From NCBI GenBank assembly GCA_903859215.1, contig CAIOLW010000144.1:629-64628 (forward strand): DNA of 64,000 nucleotides. Direction: 5' to 3'. A program made the translations under genes and the position numbers. The stretch comes from an uncultured bacterium (GTDB lineage Bacteria > Krumholzibacteriota > Krumholzibacteriia > LZORAL124-64-63). The notes beneath the pieces are model-generated. The model searched no databases. It saw nothing but the letters and a program-made list of their open reading frames with translations, and was not told the origin of the DNA. Shown here piece after piece: positions 48,871 through 55,268 of this stretch. Each line of letters opens with the position of its first letter. Within the stretch, counting starts at the first letter, position 1.

Positions 48871-49818
48871 ATGAATACGACCCTCAAAGCCGCTGTCGTC
48901 GGCGCCGGCTACCTCGGCCGGTTCCACGCCCAAAAATACGCCGCCCTGCCGGGCGTCGACCTCGTCGCCATCGTCGATGTGGACCCCGAGCGGGCCCGGG
49001 CGGTCGCCGCCGAGACCGGCGCGCCCCATGCCTGCGCCTCGCTCGACGACGTGCCCGCGACGCTGGACCTCGCCTCGGTGGTCACCCCGAACGACGCCCA
49101 CTTCGCGACCACAGCGGCGCTGCTCGCGCGCGGCATCCATGTGCTGCTCGAGAAGCCGGTGACCGGCGACGTCGCCCAGGCCGCCGAGCTGGAAGCGACC
49201 GCCGCCGCCCGCGGCCTCATCCTGCAGCCGGGCTTCCTCGAGCGCTTCAACCCGGCCATCCGCTTCCTGCGCGAGCACGCTCCCCATCCCCGCTTCATCG
49301 AGGCGCACCGCCTGGGCGCCTACAAGGCGCGCGCCACCGACGTCGACGTGGTGATGGACCTGATGATCCACGACATCGACATCGTCCTGCACCTGATCGG
49401 CGCGCCCGTCCGCGAAGTGCGCGCCTCGGGCACGCGCGTGCTGACCGGCCACGTCGACATCGCCAACGCCCGCCTCGAATTCGCCGGCGGCGCCACCGCC
49501 AACCTGACGGCCAGCCGCGTCTCGCTGAAGGACATGCGCAAGGTGCGCGTGTTCAGCGACGGCGGCTACGCGGCCGCCGACTGCGCCGCGCGCGAAAACG
49601 TCGTCGTCTCGCGCGGCGCCGACGGCTCGCTGCCGCTGGCGCCGGTGCCGCAGGTGGTGCAACACCCCGCCTGCGACCCGCTGCTGGAGGAGATCGCCTC
49701 GTTCGTCGCCGCGGTGCGCGGCGACCGCGCGGTGGAAGTGCCGGCCTCGGCCGGGCGCGAGGCCATCACGGTGGCGCTGGCCATTCGGGCGGCGATGGCG
49801 CGGCAGGAGTTGGCGTAA
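48871..49818 (+). CDS. Gfo/Idh/MocA oxidoreductase (UDP-GlcNAc 3-dehydrogenase GnnA-like)
   Basis: VVGAGYLGRFHA, LLEKP, ERFNPA, DVVMDLMIHDID and ANLTASRVS motifs. Confidence 0.88.
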   Translation: MNTTLKAAVVGAGYLGRFHAQKYAALPGVDLVAIVDVDPERARAVAAETGAPHACASLDDVPATLDLASVVTPNDAHFATTAALLARGIHVLLEKPVTGDVAQAAELEATAAARGLILQPGFLERFNPAIRFLREHAPHPRFIEAHRLGAYKARATDVDVVMDLMIHDIDIVLHLIGAPVREVRASGTRVLTGHVDIANARLEFAGGATANLTASRVSLKDMRKVRVFSDGGYAAADCAARENVVVSRGADGSLPLAPVPQVVQHPACDPLLEEIASFVAAVRGDRAVEVPASAGREAITVALAIRAAMARQELA

Positions 49819-49827
49819 GCGGTTGCG

Positions 49828-50865
49828 CTAGTCGCTCCGCTCCACTTGCGCCGGCGCAAGTGCGCCCTCGTACACGTGCCGATGCCGATGACACCGCGAA
49901 CACAGCGTGACCAGGTTCTCCAGGCTGTTGCTCCCGCCCTCGCCGCGCGCCACCACGTGATGCACTTCCAGGAACCGCGTCGCGCCGCACGCCGGCGTTG
50001 TGCAGCGATGCCTGTCCCTCGCCAGCACTTGCGCCCTCGTTGATGGCGGGATCGTCGCCCGGTTGGGCTTGCCCGGTTCCTGCACACGCGCGTCGCACGC
50101 GATGGCCTCCACTTGCGCCGGCGCAAGTCGCTGCTCGCCGCGGCTGGTGACCGCCGCGGCCTCGCCGCAATCGGGGCACTGGTGCACGACGATTTGCACC
50201 GATGGCGCTGCGGATTCGGGCCCGGTCACCGCCGAGGCCACCAGCGCCTCAAGACCCGCCAGCACGAGGTCCATTCGGTCCGCGTCGGCGGGCACTAGCT
50301 TCAACTTCCGCGCCTTCTCCATGAGCGCCTCGAAGCGGGCCAGCTGCAGGCCGTCGGCGCGCAGGGTGATGGTGACCGGCGGCATGGACTCAGGCGCCGG
50401 GAGCTTCCCTCCCAATTCGGATTGCGCCGCCGACTTGCGCCGGCGCAACTGGCACCGCGCCTGCTTTACCTCGCGCTCCAGGTCGCGCCGCCCGGTGGCC
50501 ACGGCTTTGCCCACCCACTCGGCTTGCGTCGCCGGCGTCGCCACGCGCGCCACCTGCTGCGCCTTGGTCCAGCCCAGGTCGCCGGCCTGCACGGCCTCGC
50601 GCAGCACCGGCAACCGGTCGAGGTCATCGGCCAGCCGCTTGAACTGCCAGTAGCGGTTGGGGCTGAACCCCAGTGCTTCGGCGGCGTAGAGCTGCAGGCT
50701 GGCGTGACCGAGCTCGCGATAGAGCGCCCGGCGCTGCACCTCGGCGAACCACAGAACGGCGCACTCGCGGGCGCGGTCGCAGGCGGCCAGCGACTGGCGC
50801 AACGAGGCATCGACCTGCGCGGCGGGGCGGCCGGCGGTAAATACGGGCAATTGGATGGCGGTCAT
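49828..50865 (-). CDS. HNH endonuclease with N-terminal DUF222-like/HTH region
   Basis: C-terminal IPPSTRAQVLARDRHRCTTPACG...LEVHHVVARGEGGSNSLENLVTLCSRCHRHRH; central HQCPDC; N-terminal LYRELGHASL..YA...LG..LPVLREAVQAGDLGWTKA. Start ATG 50865 or GTG 50874. Confidence 0.9.
   Translation of the reverse strand: MTAIQLPVFTAGRPAAQVDASLRQSLAACDRARECAVLWFAEVQRRALYRELGHASLQLYAAEALGFSPNRYWQFKRLADDLDRLPVLREAVQAGDLGWTKAQQVARVATPATQAEWVGKAVATGRRDLEREVKQARCQLRRRKSAAQSELGGKLPAPESMPPVTITLRADGLQLARFEALMEKARKLKLVPADADRMDLVLAGLEALVASAVTGPESAAPSVQIVVHQCPDCGEAAAVTSRGEQRLAPAQVEAIACDARVQEPGKPNRATIPPSTRAQVLARDRHRCTTPACGATRFLEVHHVVARGEGGSNSLENLVTLCSRCHRHRHVYEGALAPAQVERSD
49844..49861. repeat. 18-bp palindrome copy 1 (ACTTGCGCCGGCGCAAGT, perfect; extends to 20 bp, 49843-49862), in the last codons of the HNH gene
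   Basis: Read directly from the sequence; encodes LAPAQV in the HNH frame. Confidence 0.95.
50111..50128. repeat. 18-bp palindrome copy 2 (perfect), inside the HNH gene
   Basis: Read directly from the sequence; encodes LAPAQV. Confidence 0.95.
50433..50450. repeat. 18-bp palindrome copy 3 (ACTTGCGCCGGCGCAACT), inside the HNH gene
   Basis: One mismatch; read in a different frame as LRRRKS; preceded by TTGCGCCGCCG. Confidence 0.93.
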
Positions 50866-50926
50866 CGGGCCCACGTTTCCGGGAGGAAAGTGATGGCGTA
50901 AAGATAGCGAAAGATTGTGGCAACCG

Positions 50927-50939
50927 CAAGTGGTTGATT
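50927..50939 (-). promoter_or_regulatory. IHF-consensus site upstream of the HNH gene
   Basis: CAAGTGGTTGATT is the reverse complement of WATCAANNNNTTR, in AT-rich divergent intergenic DNA. Confidence 0.45.
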
Positions 50940-51086
50940 TAGTTGGAATGCAGGTTTGTTCCGCCGAACCCCTTCATTGATATTGCATCCATTTTCATTG
51001 TCCTGTTGCGGGACCGCCCCCATGAGGTACGTTTCCGCCCAACGGAAGCCCTTGACCCTAGACGGATCCACCGAAAGGAAGCCGCC

Positions 51087-51473
51087 ATGCGCATCGCCAA
51101 GGAAAGCATCCCCGCAAAGATCAACGTCCCCGGCGCGGTCGCGCGCCAGGTCACTGAATTCGGAGACGCCTCCGGATTCGGGAAGATGGGCGGCGAATAC
51201 TTCTCGCTCGCCGCCGGCCTGGATATCTCGCCGCTGCTCAGGGGCCTCAAGGACGACGCCTGCCAGGCGCCGCACTGGGGCTACATGATCGCGGGCGAGC
51301 TTGTCGTGACCTACACCGACGGGAAGACCGATACATGCTCCGCGAATGACCTCTTCTACTGGCCGCCCGGGCACAGCGTGCGGGTGGTGGCCGATGCCGA
51401 GGTCATCCTGTTCAGCCCCCAGCACGAGCACACCCATGTGATCAATCACATGCTGGACGTGATGAAGGGCTGA
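51087..51473 (+). CDS. Cupin-fold protein
   Basis: CQAPHWGYMIAGELVVTYTDG...FYWPPGH cupin motif. ATG 51087 after GAAAGGAAG. Confidence 0.85.
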   Translation: MRIAKESIPAKINVPGAVARQVTEFGDASGFGKMGGEYFSLAAGLDISPLLRGLKDDACQAPHWGYMIAGELVVTYTDGKTDTCSANDLFYWPPGHSVRVVADAEVILFSPQHEHTHVINHMLDVMKG

Positions 51474-51482
51474 TCCATACGA

Positions 51483-51521
51483 AAGTAGACGCGGGGCCGA
51501 CATCCGGCCCCGCGTCCACTT
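51483..51521. terminator. Long hairpin between the convergent cupin and ribF genes, overlapping palindrome copy 4
   Basis: AAGTAGACGCGGGGCCG-acatc-CGGCCCCGCGTCCACTT. Confidence 0.6.
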
Positions 51522-51535
51522 GCGCCGGCGCAACT
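51518..51535. repeat. 18-bp palindrome copy 4 (ACTTGCGCCGGCGCAACT), intergenic, 3 bp from the ribF stop
   Basis: Read directly; shares the upstream TCC with copies 1 and 2. Confidence 0.93.
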
Positions 51536-51538
51536 CCC

Positions 51539-52624
51539 CTACGAGATCCCCAACACCCGCCGCGCCTGCTCCCCATCGCGCGCCAGCTGCGCCTTCAATT
51601 CCTCGACGCCACCAAACGTCGTCTCGCCGCGCAACCGCTCGATCCAGTCGATCTTGATGTTGCGGCCGCGCAGGTCGCCCTCGAAGCCGAAGATGTTGGC
51701 CTCGATGCGCGGGATGGGCAGGCCGCCGCCGTGGAAGGTGGGCACGAAGCCGAAGTTGAGCATGCCGCCGAAGACGGCCCAGTCGCCGGACGCAGCGCTC
51801 AGCATCTCGCCGTGGCGGTCGACTTCGGGCAAGGATTCGGTAACCCGCGCCAGCTGCCCGGGGCCGCCGGCGGGCGCCACATCGCCCGGCACCTGCACGC
51901 GCACCGCGTAGACGCCGACCTTCGGCAGCAGTTTCAGGGCGTCGAGCGGCACCAGGTTCGCGGTGGGGTAGCCCAGTTCGCGGCCCCGGCGGTCGCCGGG
52001 CGTCACTTCGCCCCACAGTTCGTACGGGCGGCCGAGCATGGCGCCGGCCAGCCTCATGTCGCCGTCGCTGACGGCGGCGCGGATGGCCGAGCTGCTGATG
52101 ACGACGTCGCCCTCGCGCACGGGCGGGAACACTTCCAGCGTGAAGCCCAGTTCGCTGCCGAGCGCCGCCAGCGTCTGTGCATTGCCGTGGCGGCCGGCGC
52201 CCAGGTGCACGTCGTGGCCGGCCACCAGGTGCTTCATGCCGAGGTAGCCGACCAGGAAGCGGCCGACGAACTCGCGGTAGTCGAGCTTGGCCAGCGCCGG
52301 GCAGAAGTCGGCGGCGATCACGGTCTCGCAGCCGAGTTCCTTCAGGACGGCCAGCTTCTCGCGCCAGGTGGTCAGCAGGAAAGGCGTTGTCGAAGGGTCC
52401 AGCGTCTGGCGGGGATGGCGGGTGAAGGTGAAGACGGCGCCGTCGCTCAGACCCAGGCGCTCGCGCGCGGTCATCACGCCGCGCAGCAGTTCCTGGTGGC
52501 CGCGGTGCAGGCCGTCGAACGAGCCGATGGCGAGCGCGCTGCTCGGCAGGTGCGGGCCGCGGTGGCCGATGCGGCCTTCGACCAGCTCGTTCACGTACTG
52601 TTCGCTCAGGCGGATCATCCGCAC
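51539..52624 (-). CDS. ribF: Bifunctional riboflavin kinase / FAD synthetase
   Basis: AIGSFDGLHRGHQ, ISSSAIR, GRELGYPTAN, GVYAV and RLRGE.TF motifs. Confidence 0.95.
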   Translation of the reverse strand: MRMIRLSEQYVNELVEGRIGHRGPHLPSSALAIGSFDGLHRGHQELLRGVMTARERLGLSDGAVFTFTRHPRQTLDPSTTPFLLTTWREKLAVLKELGCETVIAADFCPALAKLDYREFVGRFLVGYLGMKHLVAGHDVHLGAGRHGNAQTLAALGSELGFTLEVFPPVREGDVVISSSAIRAAVSDGDMRLAGAMLGRPYELWGEVTPGDRRGRELGYPTANLVPLDALKLLPKVGVYAVRVQVPGDVAPAGGPGQLARVTESLPEVDRHGEMLSAASGDWAVFGGMLNFGFVPTFHGGGLPIPRIEANIFGFEGDLRGRNIKIDWIERLRGETTFGGVEELKAQLARDGEQARRVLGIS

Positions 52625-53589
52625 GACGGGTCACCTCCCACGGCCGGCACCACCGTTTCCAGTCGCCAGCCATCATCCTCCAACCGGCCGGCCACCGCCA
52701 CCAGATCCCCGTCCGGGTCCAGCAGCGCGGCGCAGCGCGCCTCGCCCACGTCGCGCAGCCACGCGGCGCCGGGCTGCGCGCCCTGGCGCACGGCCGCGGC
52801 ATCGGCGGCCTCGAGCACCACCTGCGGCAGGTGCGGCAGCGCGCGCCCGAGCGGAATCGCGGCGGCCGCCATGTCGGCGCCCCGCGCGTTCATCACGTCC
52901 GCGAACGCATCGTCCACGCGGAACGGGCCCACGACGGTGCGGCGCAGCGCCGACAGGTGCCCCAGCGAACCGGCCGCCAGCGCCAGGTCGCGCGCCAGCG
53001 AGCGGATGTAGGTGCCGCTCGAGCAGTCCACCTCGAGGTCGAGTTCGGGCAACGCCTGGTCCCAGCGCGCGGCCACGATGCGCAGCCCGTGGATGGTGAC
53101 CGGTCGCGGCTCGGGCTCGGGCACGTCGTGGCCGGCGCGCGCCTCGCGGTGCAGTGTCTTGCCGTCGCGCTTGAGCGCGCTGTAGATGGGCGGCACCTGC
53201 AGGATGGGACCGGTGAAGCGGTCGAGGACGGCGCTCACGTCGTCGCTCGAGGACGGCGGCGGCGCCGTGGCGGTCACTTCGCCGTCGGCATCGAGCGTGT
53301 CGGTGCCGGCGCCGAAGCGAATCGTGGCCAGGTAGGTCTTGTCGAGGCCGACCAGGAACGGCGTCAGGCGGCAGGCGCGTCCCAGCAGCACCAGCAGTAG
53401 GCCCGTGGCCAGCGGGTCGAGCGTGCCGGCGTGGCCCGTGCGGAACCGCATCGTGGCCGGGCCGCCGCCGCGCTTCTTGCGCGCGCGCAGGTCGGGGAAG
53501 TCTTCGGCGATCGCGTGCAGGACGCGCCCGGCGACGGTGTGCGACGTGACGCCCGCCGGCTTGTCGACCAGCAGCAGCCCGCTGTTCAT
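52615..53589 (-). CDS. truB: tRNA pseudouridine(55) synthase
   Basis: MNSGLLLVDKPAGVTSH, GHAGTLDPLATGLL, QVPPIYSALK and CSSGTYIRSLARD motifs. Confidence 0.96.
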   Translation of the reverse strand: MNSGLLLVDKPAGVTSHTVAGRVLHAIAEDFPDLRARKKRGGGPATMRFRTGHAGTLDPLATGLLLVLLGRACRLTPFLVGLDKTYLATIRFGAGTDTLDADGEVTATAPPPSSSDDVSAVLDRFTGPILQVPPIYSALKRDGKTLHREARAGHDVPEPEPRPVTIHGLRIVAARWDQALPELDLEVDCSSGTYIRSLARDLALAAGSLGHLSALRRTVVGPFRVDDAFADVMNARGADMAAAAIPLGRALPHLPQVVLEAADAAAVRQGAQPGAAWLRDVGEARCAALLDPDGDLVAVAGRLEDDGWRLETVVPAVGGDPSCG

Positions 53590-55115
53590 GCGCGCGGCAT
53601 GGCGGCCAGCTGGGCCACCAGGTCGTCGATGATGTCGGCCAGCGCGCCCTCGATGGTGCAGCCCGCCGCGGCGCGGTGCCCGCCGCCGCCATACTTGGCC
53701 GCCACCTGCTGCACATCGCCCTCGCGGGCGCGCAGCGAGGCGCGCCAGATGTCGTCGCCGTTCTCCTTCAGGAAGACCACGAAACGCACGCCGTCGACGG
53801 CCGTCGCGATGTTCACGAAGCCCTCGGTGTCGGTCATCGAGCCGCCGGTCTCTTCGATCATCGCGCGCGAGGCGTGCAGCACCAGGATGCGGCCCTGGTC
53901 GTACCACTGGAACGTGGCCAGCACGCGCTGCATCAGTTCGATGCCGGTGCGCCGGTACCGGTGCAGCGTCATCGAGGCGACCTTCGCCGTGTCGACGCCC
54001 ATCGCCGACAGGCGGCGCGCCAGCTCGAAGGTGAACGGCACCGTGTTGTCGAAGCGGAAGCCGCCGGTGTCGTTGACCAGGCCGGCGTAGAGGTTCGTCG
54101 CCATGTCGAGCGTCATCTCGAACGGCGCGTCGCCCTCGGGCCCGGCGCCCTCCTCGTCTTCGGTGTCCAGATCTTCAGGGACCAGATCTTCAAGGACCTC
54201 GTCTTCAAGGGGCAGGTCTTCGGTGTTCAGATATTCACGCGATTCAGACGACAAGTCTTCGGCATCCAGGTCGCCCTTGGCCAGCTCCGAAATCACCTGG
54301 TAAATCAACGTGCACGTCGAACACGCGCGCGCCTCGATCCAGCCGGGCTCGGGCGCGCGGCGCCCGCTGACCAGGTGGTGGTCGATGGCCAGGCGGGTCT
54401 CGCAGCGCGCCAGCGTCTCTTCCAGCGGGCCCGTGCGGTCGATGCGGTGGCAGTCCACCAGCACGATGGTGTCGGGCTCCTCGGCCGTGAAGGCCGCCGG
54501 CGCCTTGTCGCTGTACAGCACCTCGCGGTGGCCCGGCAGGTCGGCCAGGCCGACGGCCGGATCGGGGTACGCCAGCACGCGCGCCTGCCGGCCCATGGCC
54601 GTGAGCGCCTGCCCGAGCGCCAGCGCGGCGCCCATCGCGTCGGGATCGGGATTGTGGTGCGGCACCACCCAGACGACGCGCGCCAGGCGCAGCGCCGTCA
54701 GCAGGTGCGCGGGCGGCACCAGGTCGTCCAGGCAGAGCTGCCGGCGCTTCTCGGCCTCGGTCAGGAACTCGCCCTTGCCCTTCAGTTCGTTGAGCAGGCC
54801 GTCGAGCACTTCGCCGCGCACCAGCGACTCGTCGTACACGAACCGCAGGTCGGGCGTCGTGCGCATGCCCAGCGTCTTGCTGAGCCGCGCCTGCAAAAAG
54901 CCCCGGGCCTTCTTGAGCCCCTCGAGCGACTGCGCCGGGTCGGCCCCTTCGCCCATCACCGAGAAGTACACCTCGGCCACCGAGTGGTCCCGGTTGAGCT
55001 TGACGCCCCCAAGCGTGACGAACCCCACGCGCGGATCCTTCACATGCGCCTGCAGCAAATTCGAGAGCACCTCGAGAATCGCGTGCGTCATCTTGTTGGT
55101 CCTGTACGGATCCAT
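53586..55115 (-). CDS. rbfA: RbfA fused to a DHH/DHHA1 phosphoesterase (NrnA-like)
   Basis: First ~115 aa: VKDPRVGFVT...AEVYFS...KARGFL...MRTTPDLRFVYDES (RbfA). Continues in frame with PHHNPDPDAMGA, IDHH, DTGGF and SLR..GGGGHRAAAG (DHH/DHHA1). Confidence 0.92.
   Translation of the reverse strand: MDPYRTNKMTHAILEVLSNLLQAHVKDPRVGFVTLGGVKLNRDHSVAEVYFSVMGEGADPAQSLEGLKKARGFLQARLSKTLGMRTTPDLRFVYDESLVRGEVLDGLLNELKGKGEFLTEAEKRRQLCLDDLVPPAHLLTALRLARVVWVVPHHNPDPDAMGAALALGQALTAMGRQARVLAYPDPAVGLADLPGHREVLYSDKAPAAFTAEEPDTIVLVDCHRIDRTGPLEETLARCETRLAIDHHLVSGRRAPEPGWIEARACSTCTLIYQVISELAKGDLDAEDLSSESREYLNTEDLPLEDEVLEDLVPEDLDTEDEEGAGPEGDAPFEMTLDMATNLYAGLVNDTGGFRFDNTVPFTFELARRLSAMGVDTAKVASMTLHRYRRTGIELMQRVLATFQWYDQGRILVLHASRAMIEETGGSMTDTEGFVNIATAVDGVRFVVFLKENGDDIWRASLRAREGDVQQVAAKYGGGGHRAAAGCTIEGALADIIDDLVAQLAAMPRA
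54157..54270. repeat. Degenerate 15-bp tandem repeat encoding an acidic (xxEDL)n insertion
   Basis: TCTTC-initiated units at 54157, 54172, 54187, 54202, 54217, (54232) and 54256. Confidence 0.8.
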
Positions 55116-55174
55116 CTCTTTATCTCCCGCGCTGTTCCTCGAGGCGTACGTGATCGAGCATCAGGTGCCCGTGC

Positions 55175-55268
55175 GTAGTTTGGTGGTGGATGCGAATTCG
55201 GGCAGGCTATCCGCAGGAGCGAAGCTCCGAGGACTGCCTGCCCGAGTTCGCATCCACCATCAAACTAC
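55175..55268. repeat. 94-bp GTAG...CTAC hairpin element (REP/REPIN-like)
   Basis: 33-bp arms 55175-55207 and 55236-55268 with 2 mismatches, and an inner GGAGC-GAA-GCTCC hairpin. The right end supplies the infB TAG stop. Confidence 0.85.

Noticed and set aside
49828-50865. HNH gene as IscB/Cas9-like RNA-guided nuclease or group II intron protein
   Set aside because: No RuvC segments, PLMP N-terminus or reverse-transcriptase motifs, and no recognisable long structured RNA next to it.
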